From Carcharhinus amblyrhynchos (lineage: Eukaryota): DNA of 64,000 bases. The DNA is taken from positions 96,720,001 to 96,784,000 of the forward strand of contig OZ336871.1 of the NCBI GenBank assembly GCA_965287045.1, in the 5' to 3' direction. A program made the translations under genes and the position numbers. The notes beneath the pieces were generated by a model. It did not search any database. It was not told the origin of the DNA and worked only from the letters and a program-made list of their open reading frames with translations. Shown piece after piece: positions 23,543 through 37,778 of the stretch (position 1 is its first letter; the number at the start of each line of letters is the position of its first letter).

Positions 23543-26500
23543 AGAGGAAGGAAGATATATTTCTGGTATAAAAAAAGGGGAAGAGTGATATGGGGAACAG
23601 GAGGGGACGTGGATTTGAGACCAGGGAGAGATCAGCCATGATTTGATTGAATGGCAGAGCGGGCATGAAGGCCTGAATTTGCCAACTTCTGTTCCTAATT
23701 CCTATGTTCCTGTGAGTACCTGCGCATGGAGCTCCAACTTCTTCCATTCAGTGCAAATATTAGAGTGACAGCACAATAACAGACATACATATGGCTTGAT
23801 TTTGTATATTTTGGGGCAGTAGTCTCCATTAAATACTGGAACTTAGCTGTGTAATTTAAATGTAATATATGCATCACAATGAATGACCTCAACCAATATT
23901 TGCCGAAAAGGCATATTCTTTTAGACCTTAATTGAGCAGTATCATTTGATTTTTCTGTCTATGAACCTTAATGTTCATCTTTGCACATTTATATCAATGA
24001 CATTGTTACCTGTTTCACACTGTAATGTGAAAAGCAATTATAGACAATACAAATTAACATGATTTTTATATGAAATGTAATTTAAGAGTTTCTGGGTTAA
24101 AACAATACCTGAAACCTGCAAATCTAGCAAAGTAACATGAACTGAGTGGTGTTCGTGTCACTGAAATTGAGTGGGCTTTGTAATTAGAAGCATGGCCCCA
24201 TGCTTTTACTCGCAATGAGAACTTACTGTTTTGCTCAAGTAACTCAGAACAATTGGCTGGCTTTTGTTCTGGTTTCCTGGAGCACCACTGGCGCTCATTA
24301 ATGGTTGTTTTCCAATGGTACTTTTCTACTGGGGAAGCTCACCCACTAGAGATACATGAACAGATGCAGCTTGTAACTTTGCAACCATTTGAATTAAATT
24401 CAATGTCAGATAGATGCACAGGGTGCCCACGTTTCCACTCTGTGCTCACAGTGGACACCATGTCCTGCAGTTGGAAAGTTGCTCCTGTGATAGTGGCAAA
24501 GCATCTTTCAAAGAAAAGCTGGAGGAGGAAACCCGGGAGGATTTAAAACTAACACAATACGCCAGGAATGCAGAATAAGTCAATCAACAACTGAAGTAAT
24601 AAGAGGTTAAAATTAAGAAAAAAAGAGCCTGCGAATGCGAGAAAGAAACAAAAGGCTGCACAGAAACAGCAGTTCAGCGATATCATGGCAATAAAAGATA
24701 GGTTCATGCTTTTAGTGAAGATCACCTGCCAAAACTCAAGGAAGGTCATTTTGAATTTGGCTGATGATGTAAACTATGCAATATCAGCTCCTAATTTTCA
24801 TTTTCCATAACTATATTGAAAATCTACCTTAGGAGAGACTCTTAATGTGTGGTTGAGCAAAAATTGCATGTTTCACCTTATCTCCTGAAGCGAAGAACAC
24901 TGAAATTCTTGGGGAAAATAGAAACCCTAATTTGCATTGGGATGGCATGATTGGGATGTGGTGGAACTCGAGTACATTGCGATTCCAGTTTATTTGCACT
25001 GGCTGTTTAAATTTCCAGAATAGAGTCTGTAGGTGGATCACCCACCTGATCTTGTTCTGTCTAAATGTTCCCACATTGCCCAATCCTAAAAACTAAGAAG
25101 GCAATAAAAGTTGTACTGGCCACAATATCCACATCGCATGAATGAAAAACCTAAAAACATTTCAAAAGATTGCATCTTCAGTTTCAGATGGGCACGGTCC
25201 CTTCTCCCTTACACTTGTGCCAGTGGTGGAGACCTACAACTGTTTCAGCATTATATGGTCTAACTTTACAGATCATGATTATCCTGACACATACTTTCAC
25301 CCTTTTCTATTTTAGATTTAAGAGAAGATCCTTTTTTACAACAGCATAGGTATGAGAACCGCTTTCATAAAGTATTCTGAACAAACGGGAGGGGAGAACA
25401 GGTATAAACCTAGAATCAATTAAAGCTTATTGGTCTCACAAAGAAACAGCTAGTAGTTTTAATAATCTGTAAATAAATTATAAAATGTTAAAAAGAGAGC
25501 TTAAAGAGTTGTATACTCTTCATCTCTTTGTTGTAACGCAGGGATATCGAAGGATGTTGAATTTCACATTATTTATGAATGGTGATCATTTGTCAATGAC
25601 ACAAAGCATAGTGTAGATGAAAACATACAATCACAAAGCCATGTTAGTTATGTAAATGGCAGAATTGTGGCAAATTGATTTCAATGTTAGAAAATATGAG
25701 CTCACCCACTTTGCATCTAAAAAGAACAGAACAAGGTTCTTTCTAAATGTTTGAAATGTTGACTGAATAAAATGAACATAAGCACAATTTAATAAATGCC
25801 TGAGTTATTTGTTAAGTGAAGCCAAGTGAGAAATGGCAAATATAGAATTAGTCATCAGATTGAATCCAAGCACTGGTCCCAAAGTTTGGGACTTAATCTA
25901 CTGTGGTTATTGCACCGTGCTTTTCCTGGAGTTTGGATTAGATACCAGAATATAATGGGTTATATATTTCAGACCCTAATGAGCATTAAATTGCAGAAGG
26001 CAGGATTTCTGCCCATCACTGGGAGAAAGTCTCTCCTTAGAGACCTGCTTTCTAAGTATAAGCAAGGGTCTCCTTTTATATCTAAAATAGAAAATGGTGA
26101 AAGTAGGCATCAGGATAATCATGATCTGATTGACTGGCAACCCTTCAGTCATTCCAGGAACAGTGCTGCAGAGGCAGGAAGTGGCATTGCAGCTACACTC
26201 CTGGAACTAAGAGCTAGAAACCAGATGAAGCGTAAGTGGCATGGTCAAGGTGGGTGTGGGAGAGTAGTAGCAAAGGCCTGGGAAATTGAGAGAAGGAGCG
26301 ATTGGGGTCTTGGGGGATCGGTTGGAAGAGAGGGAGGTCTGGAGATCACTGGGCACTAAAGAGCATTCCCCTCTCCAGTTAGAAGGAAGTTCTGATGGAG
26401 GTACCCTTTCTCAACCAGGATGGACCTTAGATTTGGGGGAAACCCAAAACTAAACTATCAGGTGCCTATCAGTCTAAATATTGAGACTGGACAGGTAAAG

Positions 26501-27456
26501 GTCCTTAGTAGCCATTAAGGGACTACCTAAGGGCTTTAATTGGGTCAAGGGTGGGCTTCCGGTCTGAGGCCCTGCCTGCCCCTTTAGGGTAGTGGCAGCA
26601 GGCAGGTCCTGGAAAAAATCTCATCCATGCAATTGCACATTCCCCTCCCTTCCCCCCCCCACCAATCTCAGAACCCATGGGATGGGGGGAGGGGTATCAT
26701 TGTAAAATGCTGCTTGTTAATATTTTAGGTGCCTTTAAATAGCCTTTCAAAAGCAACAGAAAAGAAAACTGATGGAAGAGGAGAAAGTAGTTTCCCCTTT
26801 GTTCACCAGTTAAGGGAAAATCAACAACACATTTATTCACAGGTTAAAGCTATACAAAGATTTGCAGCCTCATCGCTGCAGCCAGCTCCCAAGATGGTTC
26901 TAGGATATAACCCCTGTTTTCCAAAGTGATCGTCCTGCTCTCTAATTAGTTCCCAGGTCATATGTCCCTTAATCTGCTGATGGATCCTGAAAGGGATTTT
27001 CATTTTTGCCAGAGAATAACATAGAATGCACAACACAAGAGGAGGCTATTTGGTCCAAGGAATCTGCACTGAAGTTTAGATTACACTGCATGCAAGTTTC
27101 TTTCCATTCAATCTATCTCATTTCAGTATATTTTTCAATCCCTTTTTCTCGCATGTTGAGTTTCCTTTTGAAACATCTAAGTTATTTGTCTCCTAAGTTA
27201 TTACCACTAAGTTACCATCTAAGTTATTACCACTGCCTACGGTAATAAATTTCCGTAGCCTCACCAATAAAGAAATTTCACTTGATTTCCTATTAGATTT
27301 ATTTGTAACTATCTTGTATTTATAGTCCCTGGTTTTGGATAATCCCATAAGAGGAAACATTCTCTCCACATCTAACCCTTACCTAATCTACACATCATTT
27401 TGACCTCTAATAGTCACTGCAAATGTAACTCCTCTGTTAAAGAAAGAGTGGGGGGC

Positions 27457-27775
27457 ATAAGAACATAAGAAATAGGAGCAGAAGTAGGCTATCTAGCCCT
27501 TTGCGCCTGCCCCACCATTCAATAAGATCATGGCTGATCTGAAGTGGATCAGTTCCACTTACCTGCCTGCTCCCCATAACCCTTAATTCCCTTATCGATC
27601 AGAAATCTATCTACCTGTGACTTAAACATATTGAACGAGGTAGCCTCCACCACCTCAATGGGCAGAGAATTCCAGAGATTCACCACCTTCTGAGAGAAGA
27701 AGTTCCTCCTCAACTCTGTTCCAAACTGCACCCCCCCCGCCTTATTTTGAGGCTGTGCCTGCTAGTTCTGGTTTC
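27457..27775 (-). mobile_element. CR1 3' end
   Basis: cataagaacataagaaataggagcag tail; ORF end RRNFFSQKVVNLWNSLP...GKWN. Confidence 0.9.
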
Positions 27776-28920
27776 TGGGGTGAACAGCAGGAAACTAGGC
27801 CGGTTAGTCTAATATATGTCATAGGGAAAATGCTATAATTCATTATTAAGGAGGTAATAGCGTATCATTTTGAATAGTGGGAGCCAGTTGGTCTATCCCT
27901 GCTCATGTGTCTTATTAATATAAAATATGAATAACAGTGGTCACCTCAGTGAACTTTGTGGAATGTTGTTTTTAAAGGGAAAGAAATCTGATCAAGTTAA
28001 GATTAATGCTAGAAATCCGATTAAGAGCATCATTTAGCCAAGGGAAATGTAACAGATGAGTGGACATTTTTACATTGGAATTCCCAAGTGAGCTCTTTAC
28101 ATTGTAACACTGTAATTTTGGGGGTTAAGCTCAGGAGAATTGACTTGTGTCTGGAACTTGTCCATTAGTGGAAGACAGTAGTGGACTGCAGTGGAATTTA
28201 AAGGGATATATCAGCTTAGTTATGTATCATCATTATTACAGTTTTTGAAATTTCAGGTTGATTGCCATGGTGAAAGTCTCAGTTTCCATATTCGGCCAGT
28301 GGAAATACCACAACCTAAAATGAGATGAGAGAGAGAGGTGCTTTGTCTCATGAGCGTAATGGCAGAAGGTGGTCAGGGAGTGAGTTTCAGTGTTACCACT
28401 CTTCATTCAGCCAGGAAATGTCAGAAACCTAAAGGATATGTTTCCTTTTCTGATATGTAGTGGAAAAGGAAACATTGGCAAGGCCATTGCAAAAGAGCAG
28501 GACAGTGGGACAAATTGGACAACGCTTGCAAAGAACTGGTGCAGGTAAAACGGGCTGTATAAATTCCTCCTGTGCTGTATTATTTAAGTTTAATGATCTT
28601 ACCAAAGCAGGCATGGTAAAAGCACACCTACTTTTAAACAATGCACTTTACCAAGCACATCTGCCACTTGCAACAACCTCTTAAAATTCTTTCATAAGTG
28701 ATTATTAACACGCTTGTGTCATGCCTTTCACATTGCTGCCCTTCATTTGGCAGTGTCTCTTCACTTACATCCTACATGCACTCACTTTACCGAAGTTTCA
28801 CATGGAGTGTGCCTTTTGAATGCACCTTCATCACACTCATGCTGGGCTGCATGAGTTTTCAGCCATGTAACTGTTATTTTGCATTTTGAAGAAGAGGATA
28901 GATCATAACATCACAGTAAG

Positions 28921-29240
28921 AAAGAAAGAACTTGCATTTCCAAACCAGTTACTTTTAAGACCTTAAGACTTCTCAAAGTGCTTTACAAACAATTAAATAC
29001 TTTTTGAAGTTTATTCATTGTCGTATGTGGGGTCATGGCAATCAATAGCAAGCTTCCAAAACCAATATTATGATAGTGACCAGCTAATCTTTTTTGAATA
29101 GGGATGATTGAAGGATAAATATTGCTCTGGGCACTGGGGACAACTCCTCTCCTTCAAAATAGGCCAAGAGAGCTTTTATGACCACGTGAGAAAGCAGATA
29201 GGACCTTGGTTTAATGATTCATTCAAAAGATCATCACTGG
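28921..29240 (-). mobile_element. Deu-domain SINE with L2-type tail (SacSINE1-like), decayed
   Basis: aaagaacttgcattt...caaagtgctttaca and gataaatattg..gggcactgggga..cttttatgaccacgtgag..ggtttaatg resemble the reverse complement of the Deu domain as I recall it. Confidence 0.6.
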
Positions 29241-29645
29241 AAACATCCAACCTTGTCTCTCAGGGAATCTATGAATTTGGGAAACAGACAAGTAAGTGGA
29301 GCTGAAAGCCAAGTCCAGCCATGATTATACTGAATGGCAGAGCAGGCTTGATGAGCTGTGTGTTCTACTTCTGCTCCTATCTCTTGTGCTCTTGTATATG
29401 ATAATAGTTCCTCTTCTCAGGGATGGACCTATTCCCACTTGCTTCACCTTTTCACTCTGAAGCAGCAGCTGAGATGGCAATTGAGTGGAATGTTTGGAAA
29501 TGAATCAGAGATGGATGCACTCAGAGCATGAATGAGCAGTTGGAGCTGCTGGTGTCATGTGAGAAGGAAGACGTTAATTGTTAATGGATGAAAACGTGTA
29601 ACCTTGGGGTAGAAAGGCTTGGGAATCAGGAGTTCACGGAAGTGA

Positions 29646-29766
29646 GGTGGGATTCTCCGGCCGCGCTCGCCCCAAACTAGAGAATCCCATCCGAGGTCAA
29701 TGCATGGTCTACCCCCCACCCCATTCACTACAATTCCTATGGCAGGTGGGATGGGAGAATTCCTCC
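29646..29766. mobile_element. Short Harbinger-like MITE
   Basis: TIR ggtgggattctcc ... ggagaattcctcc; reverse-orientation relative of 10600-10740. Confidence 0.7.
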
Positions 29767-30304
29767 TGTGACCTTTACAAGAAAAATGTCTGTAAATGAT
29801 CAAGCAGACAGAACCACAGAATGCTTACAGCACACAAGAAGGCCATGTGACCTGTTGTCTTTGTGCTGGCTCTCTGCAAGAGCAATTCACCCGCTCCTAC
29901 TTATACTCCTGAACTTTGTCCCTTACCCCACAAATTCTTTCTGCTCAGATAATTAACAAATTCTCTTTAGAAGGCTTCAATTGAATCCACCTCCACCACT
30001 GTCTCAAGCAGGTCATTCTGATCCTAAAATAAAGGTGCAAACCATGCAAAACAATGTGGTGCAGACTGCAACTGAAAAGGAAGAATCCACTAACAGGATA
30101 CGCAGGACACTTGAGGTGCTTTGAAAGACTGATTCTTCAGTGTACCTTGACACATATGGCAGAGATAGTTGACTCAGTTATTAGCTATACAAGGTGGGAT
30201 TCATGCATGAGCAATTCACAGAGGTAGCTGGCTATGTAAATCACCGGCTGCTTCCAGTGCTAGGGGATTTTGGAAGAACAGGACTGTGGAATCCGAAGTG
30301 TGCT

Positions 30305-30460
30305 GAATAGATTTCTGATAGACAAGGGAATTAAGGGTTATGGGGAGAAAGCGGGAAAGTGGAACTGATCCACTTCAGGTCAGCCATGATCTTATTGAAT
30401 GGCAGGGCAGGCTCGAAGGGCTAGATGGCCTACTCCTGCTCCTATTTCTTATGTTCTTAT
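30305..30460 (+). mobile_element. CR1 3' tail
   Basis: cagccatgatcttattgaatggc...cctactcctgctcctatttcttatgttcttatg. Confidence 0.88.
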
Positions 30461-30517
30461 GAATACTATAGATAAGAGGAGCTCTGAACTTGGTGGATAC
30501 CTTTGGATAGCCAGGAA

Positions 30518-30668
30518 AGGTAGCACGGTGGCACAGTGGTTAGCACTGCTGCCTCACAGCACCAAGGACCTGGGTTCAATTCTAACCTTTGGTGACTGTG
30601 TTTCTGTGGCATTTGCACATTCTCCCCATGTATTTCCTCCAGCTGCTCTGGTTTCCTCTCACAATCCA
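30518..30668 (+). mobile_element. V-SINE 5' half
   Basis: agcacggtggcacagtggttagcactgctgcctcacagc...ggttcaattc. Confidence 0.82.
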
Positions 30669-31494
30669 GAGAGAAGTTGAGTTGCCGGCTCTGACTCCTA
30701 TTTCAGCATCCCTTGGGAGATTGGTTGATGGTAATAGGTGAGAGAGAAGCCAGGAGCACTGACTTCTGTCACAGAGAGACAACTAATTTTAAAAAATGGC
30801 TGATAATGTTGGGTGATAGACTAAGATCATTGTAGAAATACAATGAAAAGGCATTAACAGAGAATGAGAAAATAGCTAAGCCATTTGGTCAAGAGACGTG
30901 GGGAATAAACAGTGGCCCACATTTTTTATCCCAAGATGGATAGCCAAAGCTAAGAAATTTGTCCGTTTACCACACCAACTCAGGAGAAACTCACCCAAAT
31001 CACAAGACCTTCACTCAGGGAAATGGGGGTAAGGTGGCAGGGATGCGATGCTCTCAGATGTAGATTGGGGTGGCTGATTGCCAAGGTGGGCTGGTTAGAA
31101 GTCCCGCTTCGATACTCTTCTCTTGAACTTCATCCCAGTTGTTATCTTAAATATTAAGCGTTCTTGCCATCATCTCTCACACCTCTTCATCCTGCTCACC
31201 AACTCCCAATGCCCCATCCATTTCAATTAACACCAATCCATGCCCCCACCCAACCTAATAGCCTCTCATACTGTCCAAACCAACTTCATGCCCCCAACCA
31301 CCATGTCCCATTATAACTCCCATGCCAATTTAATTCCAACACATGCCAACCAATGTCAACTCAACCATCACCCTCTGCCCTTGCACCTTTATCAAACCCA
31401 TTCAGTATATACCGTGGAAAGACCAAAGAAGCCATGTGAGATGAAATAAAGTTCTAAATGTTTATTATTGCTTCCATTATAATAAATAAGCTCC

Positions 31495-32345
31495 CACAAG
31501 AACATAACACATAGGAGCAGAAATAGACCATTCGGTCCATTAGGTCTCTACTGCCACTCAATGAGATCATGACCAATCTGATATAATCCTCAACTTCACT
31601 TTTCCACCTTCTCTCCATAACCCTTGATTTCCTTACTGATTAAAAATCTGTCTATCTCAGCCTTGAACACCCTTAATGATCCAGCCTCTACAACTCTCTG
31701 TAGTAAAGAATTCCACAGATTCTCAACTCTCTGAGAAAATAAGTTTCTTCTCATCTCTGTCTTATGTGGACAACACCTTAAGGCTCCGTGATTAAGTCCT
31801 CTGGACCTAGACTCTTCCACAAGTGGAAACAACATCTCAGCATCTATCTTGTCAAACCCCCTGAGAAACCTACGTTTCAATAAGGCCACCTTTCATTCTT
31901 CTAAACACCAATGAGTACAAGCCCAACATTCCTAACCTCTCCTCATAAGAGAATCTCTCCATATCCAGGATCAACCTAATGAACCTTCTCTGGACTGCCT
32001 CCAATGCAAGTATATCTTTCCTTAGATAAGGGGACCAAAACTGTTCACAGTATTCCAGATGTGGTCTAACTAGTGCCTTCTGTAGTTTTAGCAAGGCTTC
32101 TCTACTTTATTTCAAAGGAATGGTGTATTAAACGCCAACATTCCCAATTAACTGCTGAACTTGCATGCTTGCTTTTTATGCACAAGGACACCCAAATTTG
32201 AATGCTTTCTGCATTATTTCTCCATTTAAATAATCTTCAGCTCCTTTATTCTTCCAACCAAAGTGCATGATGTCTCATTTTCCTACATTATATTCCATCT
32301 GCCAAGTTTGTGCCCACTCATCTAACCTGTCTATATCCCTCTGTC
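31495..32345 (-). mobile_element. CR1 LINE 3' fragment
   Basis: [20 protein letters not shown] (31870-32094) and SQRVENLWNSL (31596-31889). Confidence 0.9.
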
Positions 32346-32353
32346 GACTCTTC

Positions 32354-32560
32354 GGCCAGAATTCTTTGGCTTCCCATCCATGTGATTCCCACTGGCAATA
32401 GGTGGCACATTGTTTGCTAGTGGCAGGATTCTCCGTCCTTCCTCTGTCAACAGGAATTCCCAGTGATGTTACCACATGCCGGAGGGAAATCCATGGGCAG
32501 AGGTGCGCCGTCAGTGGGACTGGAGAATCCTGCTGGCTTGAACAGCTGGAGAATTCCACC
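32354..32560. mobile_element. Harbinger-like MITE with internal palindrome
   Basis: TIR ggccagaattct ... agaattccacc; internal ggattctcc / ggagaatcc inverted pair. Confidence 0.65.
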
Positions 32561-32754
32561 TTTGTGTCAATTAAAAAAAAAGAGTCCCAGGAAATAATGC
32601 AATACATTTACAAATTCCACCCTCCCGGTGAGAAGACATGCTTGAAAGGTGTGTAAATAGAAGGATTAATACTGCAGTGTTGCATCCATAATTCTGATGC
32701 ATGCAGCATCAAATCTACATTACTACAATGTATAGGAGTCTGCTCTGATAACAG

Positions 32755-33050
32755 TGAATCATAGAATCCCTACAACGCAGGAGGCCATTTGGCCCATCAA
32801 GCCTGCACCGACAACAATCCCACTCAGGCCCTATGCCGTAACCCCTATCAGTCCCCCTCACACTAAGGGGCAAATTACCATGGCCAATCCACCTCACCTG
32901 CATATCTTTGCACTGTGGGAGGAAACCAGAGCATCCGGAGGAAACCCCCACAGACACGGGCAAAATGTGCAGATGCCACACAGACAGTGACCCAAGAGGG
33001 GAATCGAACCCCGGCACTTTGAGGCAGCAGTGCTAACCACTGTGTCACCC
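32755..33050 (-). mobile_element. HE1 SINE, full length, CR1-type tail
   Basis: Minus strand gggtgacacagtggttagcactgctgcctca...ggttcgattcc...gtagggattctatgattc. Confidence 0.9.
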
Positions 33051-33641
33051 TATAGTATGTTAGATTGGAGTAATATAGTATGTTAGATTGGAGTAAGTGT
33101 GTATAAATCACCTGCCTGCTTGGGAGTTGTGTTAAGACCAGTGCACAATACAAATGAGCAGATGATGCATCTGCTATGGTGGGCATGGGAATGCATCAGG
33201 GAAACTCTGGCAAAGGTCATGTGATGAAAGAATGAATTAGGATCTCCCTGTGGAAATAATCCCTCCATAAAGCAGAGAAAATAGGAAAAATATTTACCAT
33301 TTGCACAGGTCTATTATTTAACTTGTCTATTGATTCAAATTCCTTTTCTGCTGCTGTAATAATTCAGCCAAAGGCCAGTTTCCAATCATCAAACATCCTT
33401 TATTAGCATCAAAGAGGAGGACTGTTCCTGTAGCTTGCAGCCAGATAGTTTACACCTTGGGAACTAGGACACTGGCCTGGGTTGAGCAGCAGGTTTAAAA
33501 ACCCTGCTGACCACATCTCACTGACAAAACCTCTGCTCACTCAATTAGGAAGCTCGTACTCCACAAAGCCCATGGGGAGATCTATCGATGATCCCTTGTG
33601 GTCTACATGGCCATCATAACATCTGCTTTCTCTTCTCTTTT

Positions 33642-34160
33642 GGGGCAGCACGGTGGCAAAGTGGTTAGCTCTACTGCCTCACAGAGCCAGGGGCCCGGGT
33701 TTGATTACTGGCTTCGATCAATATCTCTGTGGAGTTTGCACGTTCTTCCCATGTCTGCGTAGATTTCCTCTGGGTGCTCTGGTTTCCTCCCACAGTCCAA
33801 CATATGTAGATTAGATGGATTGGCTGTGCTAAATTGTCCCTTAGTGTCAGGGGGATTAGCTAGGGTAAATGCATGGTGTTATGGGGATAGGGCCTGAGTT
33901 GGATTGTGGTCAGTGCAGACTTGATGGGCTGAATGGCCTCCTTCTGCACCATACATGGACATTGAAACATAGAAGATAGGAACAGGAGGAGGCCATTTGG
34001 TTCTTCAAGCCTGCTCTGCCACTCATTACGATCATGACTGATCATCCAACTCAATAGCCTAATCCTGCTTTTTCCCCATAACCTTTGATTCCACTCGCCC
34101 CAAGTGATACATCCAGCCGCCTCTTGAATACATTCAATAGGATTCTATGATTCTGTGATT
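33642..34160 (+). mobile_element. HE1 SINE, full length, with an antisense CR1 3' end (~33950-34138) inserted in its tail
   Basis: SINE tail breaks after ccttctgcac and resumes tagggattctatgattctgtg. Confidence 0.85.
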
Positions 34161-34849
34161 CCTTGGCATTTCCTTATTCTTTCTTTCTCTCCATCCCTTC
34201 TCCTAAGCACTGGAATAATTATGTATTTGATTATTGCAATTATACATTTAACCTGCACTCATGCTCCCATCAAACACTAATCCAGCACGTTTGAAAGAGT
34301 CAAAATAAATAACGTAAGTTTTGGGCATGTTGAGCTAATTCTAGGATTTCAGGTTTGTATTGCGCATCTTGTTAGCCAACAAGACAACAAAAATTCATAA
34401 CTCACTTACCTAATGATGTACAGTGAACAAATTGGAGACTTCCAAGCTGCTCATATGCACATAAAAGCTTTCGTTAATGAAAGACTTCTCAATTTTAATG
34501 AGCAACATTGCAGCGCTGCAGGCCACATGCTGAGACTCTGTCTGAACCGAGCTCTGTGATGTTAGAGCAGCTGCAATGTGAATTTCGATTGTGTCAGCTG
34601 CTGCTATCAAAATGATTGTGGAAGAGTGCTGAAGAAACCAAAGGCAGCTAAGAGCCTATTTAACAATTAGGATGTGCTCACAGTGCTTGTGGACAGATCT
34701 GTGCCGATTACTAAGCGACACCAATAGGACCATCACATTTAAATAATTTAGTTATGTTCCGTGTGAGAAAGGAGCGCTAACTTAGCAGCGGTCTAGGATG
34801 GAAGAGGCAATGTGGAGAAAAGAGGGTGCCACAAATGTATTTTTCCAGA

Positions 34850-37190
34850 GTCTGGTTATTGGAGTTGAAGATGATGGGACTCTTACTGCCCTGAGAAGTT
34901 TGTCATGGCCTTTCACCTTACACAGCAGCAATCCTTGTGCTGGTGATGTCCTCACAATGGTGTTAGATAAAATATTCCAGAAGATTACAACGCAACATGG
35001 AGCTGAACTTGATGATGGTCCCATGTCATTTCTGTAGGCTGCTTCATCTTGAATGGTGTCACACTTCTTGAGTTTGTTAGAGGCAAATAGAGAGTATTCC
35101 ATCACACTCCTGAGTTGTAGCTTGTGTATGGTGGGCTGCCTCTGGGGAGCTAGGAGGTGGGTTACTTGCTGCAGAAATCCCACCTTCCGATCTGCTTTTG
35201 GAGCCTTTTGGCTCATCCAGTTAAGTTCCTAAGCAATGGTAACATCCAAGATGTTGATGCTGAGGAATTAAGTGATGGTAATGCCATTAAATTAAAAATA
35301 CTCAGAATAAAATGAGAAACTTTAATCACTTGCAGCTTCTTTTGGGCTCATATGTCAAAGAGCAAAGGTTAGATTTTCTCTTGTTGGAGATGATCATCAC
35401 CTGGCACTTGTGAGGTGAGAATGTTAACCCAAGCCTGAATGTTGTTCAGGTCTTGCTGTATGTGTATACCAACAGCTTTGTTATATAAGGAGTTATGAAT
35501 GGTACTGAATATTGTGCAATCATCAGTTAATTTCTGACTGTATGATGGAGGGAATGTCATTGATGTAGCAGCTGAAATCGGTTGGACCGAGGACACTACC
35601 CTGAGGAACTCCTGATGTGAAGTCCTGGGGTTAAGATGATTGATCTCCAACAATCACTATCATCTTCCTTCATACAAAATAGGACACTAAAGAGTGTAGA
35701 ACTTCCCCCCAACTTCCGTTTACTTCAAAATTGCCACACTCAGCCAAATGCTGCATTGATTATCAAGGACAGTCACTCACTCTGAAATCCAGCTCCTTCG
35801 TCTATGTTTGGGCCAAAGACGTATGAGTCGATTGGCCCTGGTGGAACCAAAACCGACCATCGCTGAGCAGATTATTGCTGAGTAAGTGCTGCTGATAACT
35901 GTTGACCCCTTCCATCACTTTACTGACTATTGAGAATAGAGGGGTGGTAGTTGGCCAGATTGGATTTGTTCTGCTTCATGTGGCGAGGATATACCTGGGA
36001 ATTTGCCACATTATTAGGGGAATACCAGTGATGTAATTGTACAGGAACATCTCGGCTAGCGATGCAGCTAGTTCTGCAGCATAAGTCCAGTCCAGTTTCT
36101 GGTCAATGGGAATCCCCTGGAAGTTAAGGCTGAGGGATTCAGTGGTGGTAATGCCAATGAATAATAAGGGGACATAGTTTGATTCTCTCTTTTTGAAGGC
36201 TGTACTTTGTGCAATATGATGGCTATTTGTTACATTTGAAATAAATTAAAATGTTTGCCCACTGTCTTAGTTGATTACTGCCGCTGGGATTTATCAGGAC
36301 CCTCTATCCGGTGCATGAGGTCATTTCTTGCTATTACTTCAAATTAATTGGACTGGCTGAAGGGGAGGCAGAGATAGATCATTCACTTAGCATTTGTAGT
36401 CGAAGGCTGTTGCAAATGCTTCAATCTTGTCTTTGCACAATGTGTTGGGCTCCTCCATCATTGTCTGTGGAGTCTTCTCCTTCAGTTAGTTAACTGTTCT
36501 TCACTACTTATGACTGGATGTGGCAGGACTGCAGCACTGTAATGTGATCTATTTGTTCTGGGATATTTTATCTTTGTCTATCACATGCTGCTTCTGCTGT
36601 TTGACATGCAAGTAACCCAGTGTTGTAGCTTCCGGAACTTCTCAATGAACCAGGATTGATCTCCTGGCTTGATGACAATGGTAGAATGAAGGATATACCA
36701 GCCATGAGGTTACAGATTGTGATCAAGTACAATTTTGCCACAACTAGCCCATAAAGTCTTGTGGATGCTCAGTTTTGAGCCTGTTCTGTATCTATCCCAT
36801 TTAGCACAGTAGTAGCATTACACAACAGGGAGTGTCCTCTGTGACGAAGGGACTTTATTTATGTTGAGGATGCCCAGGGCCACTCCCGCTGACTATATAC
36901 CACTGTGCTACCATCTCTGGCTATGGCTTGTCAGCAGGACAGAGATTGTGGCGGAGGAGTCTAAGATATCGAGTGTAAGGTATGATTCTGTGACCATGAC
37001 TACATCAGGCTATTGCTTTATTCGTTTGTGACACAGTTATAGTACAAGGCTAGTGAGGTGAACTTTGCAGGGTCAATTGAGTAGAATGTGCTTTTGTGAT
37101 TTCCAGTGCATCCACTTCATCCAATTTTAATCTTATTCAATTATTCTGTAGTAGTTTAATACAACTGGCCACTCTATCAGCCAGTATAAA
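34850..37190 (-). mobile_element. Long decayed LINE of the second CR1-superfamily lineage (endonuclease and RT remnants)
   Basis: Minus strand caggagttcctcagggtagtgtcctcggtccaacc (GVPQGSVLGP) at ~35580-35612; PDVVMVTESY at ~36980-37010; homologous to 40853-41694. Confidence 0.75.
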
Positions 37191-37778
37191 GACAGTTGTG
37201 GTCATGGAAAGAGCCTTCATTTCACATGTTAAGCAGCATGTGTATCCTTTCACAACTTTAACTATTCCCCAGGGAAAGAATGTGAACTGATGGAGACAAC
37301 AGCTTGCTTTCCAAGGAAGTGTCAGTGGTTGGTGCCACTCTTCTTGGTTTTTGGCATGTGGAAAATTCTGAGGTGGATTTCCAAGTTATGTCTTCTTGTC
37401 GGAAGAGACAACGGAGCAGCTTTGCATCTTCACTTTTTGGGCAGTAATCTGGCAGATTGAATTGTCTGCACATTGTGAAATCAATGGATTAAAAATCAAG
37501 TGCATTCTGCAATAGTAGGGCAATGCATTCAGCAGGATTGCGACCCAGGCAGTGAAGATGGAAACCTATCCCAATGTTACATGGACTTGACGTATTGATC
37601 AGGAATTGACATTCCTGCGCAAACTGATTTAGAAAAAGCAATTTTGTGGAACCTGTGGAATAATTTCCTCCTTTATAAGCTTTCTAATGTTAAATAATGA
37701 GGGATTTCAAATTAAGATAGTTCTGCATCTCTCCAAATTTTCAAGGAAGTAAGTGTTCTTTGCCATGTAATCATTATA

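Noticed and set aside
24596-24810. Lysine-rich plus-strand open frame (KRLKLRKKEPANARKKQK...)
   Set aside because: No clear start or splice sites; explained by A-rich composition.
25826-26359. 177-codon ORF from the track
   Set aside because: Non-ATG start, no recognisable domain, and it runs into MITE-like sequence.
37273-37327. Plus-strand segment reading KECELMETTACFPRKCQ, reminiscent of a thrombospondin-repeat end
   Set aside because: Weak donor, very short, opposite strand to the supported exon, and no partner exons.
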